In this document: piece after piece, positions 48,045-56,480 of the stretch
Layout of the letters: each line of letters opens with the position of its first letter
Numbering within the stretch: the stretch's first letter is position 1
Source of the DNA: a virus
Lineage: Duplodnaviria > Heunggongvirae > Uroviricota > Caudoviricetes
Length of the DNA stretch: 64,000 bases
Virus record (IMG/VR): IMGVR_UViG_3300037312_000757
Strand: one strand, 5' to 3'
The notes under the pieces: generated by a model
What the model saw: only the letters and a program-made list of their open reading frames with translations
Told to the model about the DNA's origin: nothing
Database searches by the model: none
Position numbers and translations under genes: made by a program

Positions 48045-48280
48045 CAATCATTCCATTGACATACCGAGTATCGCATATAAAGGTGTTTGATCAAGAACTC
48101 TGGCGTGTTCAATGGGGTGCCGAGATGCGTTTGCGCTCTATGCAGATGGCGGTTAAGTTCGCATTGAATCACAGAAACCAAAACAACCCAGACGCACAGA
48201 TCATTCTTCTGCATAATGGCAAAGCTGAAGTCATTGAGAGTGAGAACGACGCATTTTACGCTTATTTGAAGATGTCATGA
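48041..48280 (+). CDS. Small paralog family B
   Basis: WRV...IESENDAFYAYLK. Confidence 0.72.
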   Translation: MTIIPLTYRVSHIKVFDQELWRVQWGAEMRLRSMQMAVKFALNHRNQNNPDAQIILLHNGKAEVIESENDAFYAYLKMS

Positions 48281-48531
48281 TCAAGTGTCCAGTCATAGTT
48301 CGGGGTCCCGCCAATTGTGGGATGTTCCCACAGGCTGATGTAAATCTAGAAACCCGAGATGTCTATTGGTTCAACGGTAGAGCTATTTTCAAGAACAATT
48401 TACGAGATATCGTGAACTACACGAAAACAGAACATGGTTATCCATTTCTGGTTGAAAAGAGTATTAACGCTAGAACGTATATCGTAATCAATGATGATTA
48501 CGATATGGTTGAATTTTTGCTGAAGATTTAA
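48277..48531 (+). CDS. Small paralog family B
   Basis: KTEHGYPF...INDDYDMVEFLLK. Confidence 0.72.
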   Translation: MIKCPVIVRGPANCGMFPQADVNLETRDVYWFNGRAIFKNNLRDIVNYTKTEHGYPFLVEKSINARTYIVINDDYDMVEFLLKI

Positions 48532-48532
48532 A

Positions 48533-48829
48533 ATGATTGTGATTAAAGGCGAAGCGCCACCAAGAAGAACAATTAGAATCGAACGCCTTGATTTTGAATA
48601 TTGGCAGCGTAACTGGCGTGTCTACTTCCCCACACTTGATGGTGATGTGTATTCAGACGCAGTCACCATTCGTGAGATCCTTGAGCTCATCAAAACAAAG
48701 ATGAAAGCAAACCCATACATGATGGGTTACCTGCTCAACATCAAGGATTTGGATGAAGAGGAAACACTTCAAGTCAACCTGTTCAATGATGTTGACATGG
48801 TAGAAGTTATTCTGAGGTACACACTGTGA
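48533..48829 (+). CDS. Small paralog family B
   Basis: WRVYFP...LFNDVDMVEVILRY. Confidence 0.72.
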   Translation: MIVIKGEAPPRRTIRIERLDFEYWQRNWRVYFPTLDGDVYSDAVTIREILELIKTKMKANPYMMGYLLNIKDLDEEETLQVNLFNDVDMVEVILRYTL

Positions 48830-49107
48830 CGCCAATTTATTCTATTGAACGACGGCGTATAGACAAGAAGTCAAAGTGGTGCGTGTACAAACTGGAATCA
48901 GCTGCAAAGGATGATGGCAGTTTCGACTCATATCGTATGCTTGACAAATATGATGACTTCCGTGTGGCGTATGGTGTCACGCGCGAAAAGCTTGACAAAG
49001 CAAACAAGCCGAATGCTCCGATTCGCGTCGTTTATAAAGATCACACCACCTACACTATTGAAACAGATGGTGATCTGATGTTGGTTATGTTGAAAGTTCT
49101 GTCATGA
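48826..49107 (+). CDS. Small paralog family B
   Basis: APIRVV...IETDGDLMLVMLK. Confidence 0.72.
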   Translation: MTPIYSIERRRIDKKSKWCVYKLESAAKDDGSFDSYRMLDKYDDFRVAYGVTREKLDKANKPNAPIRVVYKDHTTYTIETDGDLMLVMLKVLS

Positions 49108-49346
49108 AAGATTTAATGTTGCAAGTGGTAGGTGCCGACATCTACGTTCATATTACTAGAAGTGAACGATCGACAGAATCCTACTCTGTTGAAAACGCCC
49201 AAGCAGCCATTGATGAAGCAAAGAAACATCATAGCGCACTTGGTTATCCGTCAACTGTTCGTGTTTATACTAACGAAGGCAAGTTCTATCTTGATTTGTT
49301 GGATGACGCAGATGTTTTGGCATTCATTCTCAAGTATTCAGCATGA
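49104..49346 (+). CDS. Small paralog family B
   Basis: LLDDADVLAFILKY. Confidence 0.72.
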   Translation: MKDLMLQVVGADIYVHITRSERSTESYSVENAQAAIDEAKKHHSALGYPSTVRVYTNEGKFYLDLLDDADVLAFILKYSA

Positions 49347-49591
49347 TTACAATCAAAGCATCAACTGAGCCTGGGTTTAAGTGGTGTATGTTTGCGCCAA
49401 TTAGGGCGGACCGGTCAATCGTTGGTGGCACCTACTACGAAGACCTGAAAATGTGTATGAAGGTGGCATTGCACTTGAAGGAAAAGTATGAATTGCCGTA
49501 CTTCAGGTTTGTTCATGAGGGTGAAGAAATACAGGTTGAGACAGACGGCGACATAATGCAGATTATGTTGATGTATGGTTTTGAATCGTAG
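49343..49591 (+). CDS. Small paralog family B
   Basis: VETDGDIMQIMLMY. Confidence 0.72.
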   Translation: MITIKASTEPGFKWCMFAPIRADRSIVGGTYYEDLKMCMKVALHLKEKYELPYFRFVHEGEEIQVETDGDIMQIMLMYGFES

Positions 49592-49624
49592 AAATCGTAC
49601 AAGAGGAAGTTCTAAAGTACGAAA

Positions 49625-49801
49625 ATGGACCAACCTAATTATCCCGTTTGTCAAGTCTGTTCCAAGTCGTTCAAGATCATAACAGCAACACACCTTAAGT
49701 CTCATGGGCATTCCTTTGAGACTTATAATGTTGGCCAACATATACCAAAAGACTGGCTTGACATTTTAAAGCTTCAAGGCTTCAAACTTTTTGACCAATA
49801 A
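49625..49801 (+). CDS. 58-aa Ros/MucR-like zinc-finger protein (below ORF-track cutoff)
   Basis: Hand translation MDQPNYPVCQVCSKSFKIITATHLKSHGHSFETYNVGQHIPKDWLDILKLQGFKLFDQ. Confidence 0.6.
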   Translation: MDQPNYPVCQVCSKSFKIITATHLKSHGHSFETYNVGQHIPKDWLDILKLQGFKLFDQ

Positions 49802-49803
49802 AC

Positions 49804-49830
49804 AAAAACCCCGCCGAAGCGGGGTTTTTT
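49804..49830. terminator. Bidirectional terminator after MCP
   Basis: AAAAACCCCGC-cgaa-GCGGGGTTTTTT. Confidence 0.85.
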
Positions 49831-49890
49831 GTGACTTCAAATTCTTTAATTTCAATAATTACACTAACAAGTAGTGTAATTTCTTGATTT

Positions 49891-51114
49891 TTAAAGGAAT
49901 TTAAGGTTGCTGGTATTAATCCCTACAAGACCCAAGTAGTCAGCTGCGTTACCCAAGCTGCTTGAGCTGTTTGTCAGTTCGAGGAAGCCGTAACGTGTCA
50001 TGAAGCTTACGACTGGTTCGAATGTGTTTGGATCGATCACAACACCTGATGATGTCAGTGGAACGTATGGGCAGTAGTAAGCTGCTGCATCGATCTCGCC
50101 TTGACCCTTGTAACCAACCAGCACTGGTGTGCTGTCTTGTGCGTACTGGTCAACGTAAACACGCATTGAGTTGTTCAGCATACCAACATACTTTGTGTTT
50201 GTTGGAGCTTCGAATGCGCCTTCTGTTGTACGTGCGAAAGCTGATGTTGTTGCTGACTGCAGAATTGTCAGTGCTGTTGGTGAAACAACAACCCAGTTAC
50301 CTGCACCGCGACGTGTACGTGCAGCGATCAGGTTAGCCTGACGGTTGATCAGGATAGCCAGAGCAGCGTGTACGTCACCGACGAAGTGTGGTGTGCCTGA
50401 AACTTGTGCTTGATCGAAGATCGCTGTTGGAGCACCTGGCAGAGCACGCAGAGATGTCAGGATTTCCTGGTCGATTTCTGCAGTGATTTCTTGTGCCAGC
50501 GCAGCCATGATTTCAGCTTCGATGTCAATACCTTGCTGTGCTTGTGCATCTTGCGCAGCTTCGAATGTCCAACGTGCTGACAGCTTACGTGTCTTGGCTT
50601 CAACAACTTCCTTAACGATCTGGATGCTCAGACGCTTACCAGCAACACCTTCCAGTGCTGTTGTTGCAGCAGCCTTAGGAGCTTGAACGTTGCTTGTGTC
50701 ACCTGAATACGCACGGGCGATATCGAATGGTGACAGTGCTTCGTTACCAGCTTGCACGTAACCAGGAACTGTGTCAGCGTAGCGGACGCGCAGTGTGTGG
50801 ATTTGTGCAACTGGACCAGTCATTGGCTGAACACCAATAATTTCGTTAGCGATAACTGTTGGCATCACACGACGGATAACTGGCAGGATAACCTTGTTCA
50901 GTGTTGCAACGTTTGCGCTGTTTGTGGCGCCCATTGTTGCGTTTTCCATCAGTGCTGCTGTTTGCTTGATTTCACGATATGTGTTCTCAAGCACTGTTTC
51001 CATGATGGCCTTCTTAGTTGGGTTAACTGAGCCATCTTGGTTGTGTGTCAGATCCTTACCTTCGCAGAGAGCTTTCTTAGTAACTGACCACTGGGATTCA
51101 AAGAGTTTAGTCAT
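49891..51114 (-). CDS. Major capsid protein (gp23-like)
   Basis: GVQPMTGP, AKTRKLSARWTFEAAQD, EITAEID, YYCPYVPL, FMTRYG. Confidence 0.96.
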   Translation of the reverse strand: MTKLFESQWSVTKKALCEGKDLTHNQDGSVNPTKKAIMETVLENTYREIKQTAALMENATMGATNSANVATLNKVILPVIRRVMPTVIANEIIGVQPMTGPVAQIHTLRVRYADTVPGYVQAGNEALSPFDIARAYSGDTSNVQAPKAAATTALEGVAGKRLSIQIVKEVVEAKTRKLSARWTFEAAQDAQAQQGIDIEAEIMAALAQEITAEIDQEILTSLRALPGAPTAIFDQAQVSGTPHFVGDVHAALAILINRQANLIAARTRRGAGNWVVVSPTALTILQSATTSAFARTTEGAFEAPTNTKYVGMLNNSMRVYVDQYAQDSTPVLVGYKGQGEIDAAAYYCPYVPLTSSGVVIDPNTFEPVVSFMTRYGFLELTNSSSSLGNAADYLGLVGINTSNLKFL

Positions 51115-51133
51115 GGTAAAATTTACTCCAAAT

Positions 51134-52567
51134 TTACTTTTTCAAACCGGCTAGTCGCAGAATTGTGGCTGTATCGTCTGATACGGCTGCTTGTTCTGTT
51201 CCTTCAGCCTGGACTGTTTCACGCAGTCGATTAGTGCGCTGATCGCCGGTAATAGCAACAGTGCTCAACTCCTTAACAGGTGCCTCGGTCAAAGTACGTT
51301 GGCGGCTCTGCGGAGCGTTCTTCTTGCTGTCCTTAGCTGTTGATTCATTAAGGACTGCTGGAAGATATTTATTAAAGGACTCACGGAGCTGTGCAGTTTT
51401 GACAGTTTCCAGGAGTTCTTCCATCACGGCCTTCTTCTCACGTGACAAATTGCCAGTAAGTTCAGCCATAATTTGTGTGCGGTTAGCTTTTTCTTCAGCC
51501 AACTTAGCCTTACGTGAAGCAACATCTGCTGCACGTTGTGACTCTTGAAGTTGTGCCTTCAGTGATTCCATCTCGTCCTTTTGGGATTCGAGGATGGCTT
51601 CCATCTTTGCAACTTCTGTGTTTTCGCCGAAATAGCTAGTCATGAACTCAGCAGCAACAGCTTCGAAAATACGGCGTCCGAACATGTTCTGACGATTCTT
51701 TTCGAGCTCTTCGTGGAGTTGTGTAAGTTCAGCCTTCAATGTTTCTGTGACTTGTTTGTCAACCATCTTAGCTGCCTTAGCCACAAACTCGCGTTGAGTT
51801 TCAGCCAGCTTTGTACGTGATTCAGAAACCAACTGAACACGCTTTTCTACCAGGGCACGCTTGTCTTCTTGGAATTCACGCAGTTCCTTGGAAACTTGAC
51901 GTACAACAAACTCATCAATTTGTTTGATGCGTTGTGCGTATGACTCTTCCAAAGCGGCTTTGTGTTCTGCTGTTTCAGCAACTAGTGCTTCACGTTCAGC
52001 TTCCAGAGCTGCTGCTGATTCCTTGACTTGCGCCAGTTCACCGGACAGCTTTTCTAGAACAAAGTTACGCATCAGAGCCATGTGCTCCTTCAGGCGTGCC
52101 TTGTACATGTCTTTGCCTTCTGCTACTTGGGTAGCAAGCTTGACACGCATTTCGGCTACTGCATTCTTGTCTTCGTTGAATTCAGACAGCTCAGTGTTGA
52201 GCTTCTGCATCACGAAGGATTCCAATACTTGGGCGTGTTCCTGGACGCGAGTCTTGTAAGCGCCACGTGCTTCCTTAACGGCTGCATCGTAACGATCACG
52301 AGCTTCACGCAGTTGAGCAATTTCGCTTGCGCGTTGTTCCTCAACCTTCTGAACTACATCAGTGAGCATACGATCCATTGCTTCGACGAGAGTTGACTTG
52401 TCGTGCTCGAAACGCTGTGCCATTTCTTCGCGAACTTGTGTTTCAATAGATTCGCGGAGACCAGCAGTAGCTTCTTGCACACGAGCGTCAAAGCTCTCTT
52501 GCAATGTCTGTGTGTCTTCCTCACTGAGCAATCCAGCTTCAAACAACTTTTTAACAATGTTATCCAT
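51134..52567 (-). CDS. Prohead scaffold/core protein (gp22-like)
   Basis: Long coiled coil between protease and MCP; C-terminal ILRLAGL. Confidence 0.85.
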   Translation of the reverse strand: MDNIVKKLFEAGLLSEEDTQTLQESFDARVQEATAGLRESIETQVREEMAQRFEHDKSTLVEAMDRMLTDVVQKVEEQRASEIAQLREARDRYDAAVKEARGAYKTRVQEHAQVLESFVMQKLNTELSEFNEDKNAVAEMRVKLATQVAEGKDMYKARLKEHMALMRNFVLEKLSGELAQVKESAAALEAEREALVAETAEHKAALEESYAQRIKQIDEFVVRQVSKELREFQEDKRALVEKRVQLVSESRTKLAETQREFVAKAAKMVDKQVTETLKAELTQLHEELEKNRQNMFGRRIFEAVAAEFMTSYFGENTEVAKMEAILESQKDEMESLKAQLQESQRAADVASRKAKLAEEKANRTQIMAELTGNLSREKKAVMEELLETVKTAQLRESFNKYLPAVLNESTAKDSKKNAPQSRQRTLTEAPVKELSTVAITGDQRTNRLRETVQAEGTEQAAVSDDTATILRLAGLKK

Positions 52568-52579
52568 GGACCACTCCAA

Positions 52580-53215
52580 TTAGGCTTTCAAATTTTTGAT
52601 CCAATCCAGAAGCTCCTTTTGCAAGTGCTTCTTAGCCTTTTCATCATGCGATACAGCATGAGCTAGATCTTCGATAATTGCACCGCGCTTGCCGTTCTTC
52701 GCTTCGTAAACCGCTCTTGGGTAAGCGTTTGGCGCGCTAGGACGAGCAACGATGTCAACTGTTACGATTTGGAAATCAGACACTTCACCTGCGTCGTTCA
52801 CGTTACCGCTACCACGACTAGAAACGCCCAACTTCACACCACTCTCAAGGAGAGTGGTTACGATGTTACCCATCGGTGTTGGCAAAATTTGCAGCTTACC
52901 AATACCATTAGGACCATCCATCCACATTTGAGTAATCATGTGGCTGACGCGATCCAAGTTAATGTTTAGTTCTTCTGGGTGATCTGCCTCACCCAGAACA
53001 CTTTCACCTTTAGCAAGGATCTCGTTGACACTTTCAACAGCACGGCGGATTTCTGAGACCGGATACACTCGTTCGTTCAAGTTACGAACACCACCTTGAA
53101 TAAAGATGCCGTTCATGTAAAGCTTCTTTGGAGCACCCTCAAAAGCTGGTGCAACCGCTTCAACTTGAATATTGGCTTGATCGAATGTCAAACGTTCGGT
53201 TAGAAATCTGTCCAT
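52580..53215 (-). CDS. Prohead protease (gp21-like)
   Basis: GIFIQ, NERVYP, GEADHP, GVSSRGSG, DIVARPSAPNA. Confidence 0.95.
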   Translation of the reverse strand: MDRFLTERLTFDQANIQVEAVAPAFEGAPKKLYMNGIFIQGGVRNLNERVYPVSEIRRAVESVNEILAKGESVLGEADHPEELNINLDRVSHMITQMWMDGPNGIGKLQILPTPMGNIVTTLLESGVKLGVSSRGSGNVNDAGEVSDFQIVTVDIVARPSAPNAYPRAVYEAKNGKRGAIIEDLAHAVSHDEKAKKHLQKELLDWIKNLKA

Positions 53216-53217
53216 GT

Positions 53218-54207
53218 TTAGTTCTTACCCATTGGGACTTTTGTAGAACCGATCAAGCTCTTGTCGTTTTCTTTGCTCAGCAATGGATCATTCAGCTCAG
53301 CTGACTTGTCACCTTCCTTGCTAACCTTAGTACGACCATCTGCTGCCTTAGCCTTTGTGTTGCGTGCCTTAACGATCTTTTGATCAGCTACGCTTGGGGC
53401 TGTTTCTTTTTCGAAACCGGAATGTTCCTTAGCCTTGATCTCGACTGGCTCACCCTTGAGTGCGCGGTCGCCAAGCTTAGGTTGCAGAGCTGGGCTCTTC
53501 TTGTTTTGTGTGAATGACTTACCACCTTGTTCGACGCCGTCAGCCATTGTGACCTTAACCTTCTCGAGGTCGCTCAGTGCTGATTCGCCCAGTGGGTCAA
53601 AACCTTCTTCTTCAACTTCTGCGTCGCCGCCGAAATCGTCGCCGCCGAAGTCATCTTCACCAGCAAATGCATCGTCGCCATCTTCTGCGCCGAACTCACC
53701 GCCTTCCAGATCACCACGAACGCCATCAACAACTTCGTCTTCACCAGCAACCAGAGCGTCAAACTCAGCTGCCAGACGTGTCAACTCAGCTTCGAGGTCG
53801 TCTACGCGTGTTTCGATATCTTGATCTTCGCCTTCAACATCGCCTTCTGCGTCAATAGCTGAATCTTCAGCTGCATCGTCAGCGGCCATATCGTCTGCAT
53901 CGGCTTCAGCATCTGCTGAAACTTCTTCGCCGTCTTCGCCAGCAACTTCGTCGTCGCCTGCAAATTCGTTAACTTGTTCGTCTTCTGCTGTGTCGTCTTC
54001 TTCACCGATCAGGTCTGATTCGGTGAACATTTCGTCCATAGCAAGACCAGCTTCCCAGCTTTCATCGAGAACGAAGTCCTCACCCTGACGCAATGATTCA
54101 TGAATCTGGCGAGAACGTTCAAGAATGAAATCGTGGAAAAGCGCATCTGCCTTTTCGCGCTCTTCATTGAGCAGCGCGATCAGTGCTTTTTCCAAAATTG
54201 AACGCAT
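53218..54207 (-). CDS. Acidic prohead core protein
   Basis: Very acidic, between portal and protease; GGGAG RBS; late promoter core. Confidence 0.7.
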   Translation of the reverse strand: MRSILEKALIALLNEEREKADALFHDFILERSRQIHESLRQGEDFVLDESWEAGLAMDEMFTESDLIGEEDDTAEDEQVNEFAGDDEVAGEDGEEVSADAEADADDMAADDAAEDSAIDAEGDVEGEDQDIETRVDDLEAELTRLAAEFDALVAGEDEVVDGVRGDLEGGEFGAEDGDDAFAGEDDFGGDDFGGDAEVEEEGFDPLGESALSDLEKVKVTMADGVEQGGKSFTQNKKSPALQPKLGDRALKGEPVEIKAKEHSGFEKETAPSVADQKIVKARNTKAKAADGRTKVSKEGDKSAELNDPLLSKENDKSLIGSTKVPMGKN

Positions 54208-54407
54208 TTTAAGTCTCCCTAAATTAACGCACATATAATGTTCGTTCTTTGTTATTTAGTTCGTAGTTAATTCGAAGTCGCCATAAGGTCGAAAAAACGC
54301 GATTTTTGTCAAAACGTGGTAGATTACGGATTGGTTACCTTGATACATAGCAACCAGAAATGGAAATGGCGAGGAAAATTCCTCGCCATTATTTGAACTA
54401 GGTTTGG

Positions 54408-54662
54408 TTAGAAACCACCACCTTCATCTTCTTCGCCACTACCCTGGCCATAAATCACCGCTAGAGTATCTTGGCGCTTCAGCATTTCAAGCTTACGGAA
54501 AGCGCGCAGCTTTTTTAGACGGTTAAGATCTCGCAGTGAGAGACGATCTTTACGAGTGTCCATGATATCTGCTGCACCCAACTCGTCTGAGTCCGGATCG
54601 TAGTTTGCTGGAACATCAGCATCAAAGTCTTTATTGAAATCATTCGTTTCCATCGTCTTCAC
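54408..54662 (-). CDS. Small hypothetical head-cluster protein
   Basis: Follows portal; RLSLRDLNRLKK. Confidence 0.7.
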   Translation of the reverse strand: MKTMETNDFNKDFDADVPANYDPDSDELGAADIMDTRKDRLSLRDLNRLKKLRAFRKLEMLKRQDTLAVIYGQGSGEEDEGGGF

Positions 54663-56406
54663 CCTCGTCTGGAACTGCGTCTACGCCGCTATCACCACCT
54701 TCGTCACCACCACCTTCGTCATCACCGAGATCGAAGTCATCGCCGCCTTCTTCTCCACCCAAATCGAAGTCACCTGCACCCGAGCTAACACCGACAGAGC
54801 TCAATCCGTCTGGTGATGCACCATCGGCAGCGGTACTACCAACAGCACTCTTCATCTTGCCAGGATTTTCTTCCGCCCAGAGACGTTCGTTCTCCAGAAT
54901 TTCGTCTTCTGTCAGGTTCAAGAAGCGTTTGAACTTGAAACGTTCAGCCAGCTTCTTGTTGTCTGCAATCTGTGCATAGACGTTCATTTGTGCTTGGTCG
55001 AGTTCGATCTGGCGATACTTTGTGAAGTTCTGTGGTGGATTGAATGTCATCTCAAACAGACTGTCTTCAATCTGAATACCATTTTCCTTCATGTACAGCT
55101 TGAATTCCTTGTCAAACACTGGTGCAAGCATGTTCTGCAAACGCATACAGTATTTGTTGAAACGGAATTCCTGAATCATTGCTGCACCCATTTTGCCATC
55201 GTTGAAAGCAACTTGTTGGTTGTCTTCACCACCAGGCAAATACGATGATGGGATACGCAGACCAGCTCGCAGTTTCTTGTTGAAGAACTCCAAGTCTGAA
55301 ATCTCACCCAAGTTATCACCACCAGGCAATGTTTCAACCTTGGAACCACGGCCTTCTGGTGATTGCGCAAAGAAGTAGTCTTCCATCATAGTCAGCGGGT
55401 TGTATGCCGCGTCCATGATTGAGTTGCCACCACCTGTACGGTTTGGAATACGTCGCTGGTGAATGTCGTTCTTGATCTTTTCAACGTGTGCGTTAGCCAT
55501 CACAGGGTTCATACCACCAACGTCAATATAGAAAATACGACGTTCCGGAGCACGTTGAACACGGTAAATGATAACCGCGTCTTCCAATAGTTCCTTCTGC
55601 TTGAAGGTCTTGAATACTGGCTCAAGCACTGAAGAACCGAATGGCCAGTTTTCGTCCATACCAGTTGACAAGCTCAGGTGGACAACGTGCTTTGCATCCA
55701 CCACGTGACTTTGTGGAACTGATTGATTACCCATACGAGGATCAGCGCCTTGACCCGGCAATGTGAACATGTTGCCTGGTGATACAGATGCGCTTGATGT
55801 ACGAGTAAACGGTGATGTAGCCATGCCCATTGGAGTGTTGTACTCGTTTGGATCGGCCGGTTTGGTTGCAAACTTGTCCTGTTTGCCGTAATCGAGATTA
55901 CGGATAACATATTCCATTGGGACTTTACCAGCAGCTTCGTCAACACGAACGAGCTCAACGTCAAAGTGGCTAATCCAGAGCCATTCCTTTGTTTCTGGGT
56001 CACGCAAGAAGAACTGATCACCGTTCTTGATAACGTTACGGAATGCTTGATACAAACGACTACGGAAGTTGTTCATTCTCACCCACTTGTGTAGCATTTG
56101 GTGGATCAGAGTAACTTCAGTATTGGTTGCGTCTTCGTTGTAGTTGATGAAAAACGGTGTGTCGTTTTGCTCTTCTGTCTGGGTGCAGAAGTCAGCAATA
56201 GTGTCGAGCGCAGCGTTAATTTCGCTGTCTCGATCCATATCTTCATATTGAAAATATCGTTGAATGCGGTTTGGATGGCCTGCGTAAATTTCTGGCAAAT
56301 AACTAGAGAATTTACTACCAGAGCCACCAAGACTTCCACCTGACGATGAAGACTGGGTTTTCTGCCCTGGCACTTTAACCATACGCATGTGCTTACGCCA
56401 TGTCAT
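54640..56406 (-). CDS. Portal protein (gp20-like)
   Basis: LLEDAVIIYRVQRAPERRIFYIDVG, EDYFF, VETLPGG, LRIPSS. Confidence 0.96.
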   Translation of the reverse strand: MTWRKHMRMVKVPGQKTQSSSSGGSLGGSGSKFSSYLPEIYAGHPNRIQRYFQYEDMDRDSEINAALDTIADFCTQTEEQNDTPFFINYNEDATNTEVTLIHQMLHKWVRMNNFRSRLYQAFRNVIKNGDQFFLRDPETKEWLWISHFDVELVRVDEAAGKVPMEYVIRNLDYGKQDKFATKPADPNEYNTPMGMATSPFTRTSSASVSPGNMFTLPGQGADPRMGNQSVPQSHVVDAKHVVHLSLSTGMDENWPFGSSVLEPVFKTFKQKELLEDAVIIYRVQRAPERRIFYIDVGGMNPVMANAHVEKIKNDIHQRRIPNRTGGGNSIMDAAYNPLTMMEDYFFAQSPEGRGSKVETLPGGDNLGEISDLEFFNKKLRAGLRIPSSYLPGGEDNQQVAFNDGKMGAAMIQEFRFNKYCMRLQNMLAPVFDKEFKLYMKENGIQIEDSLFEMTFNPPQNFTKYRQIELDQAQMNVYAQIADNKKLAERFKFKRFLNLTEDEILENERLWAEENPGKMKSAVGSTAADGASPDGLSSVGVSSGAGDFDLGGEEGGDDFDLGDDEGGGDEGGDSGVDAVPDEGEDDGNE

Positions 56407-56480
56407 TTATTCTACTTCCTCTTTTTGGGAATTTTGAGTATTTATTCTAATGATGTTACTCATCACCGTCAAAAAGTCGG

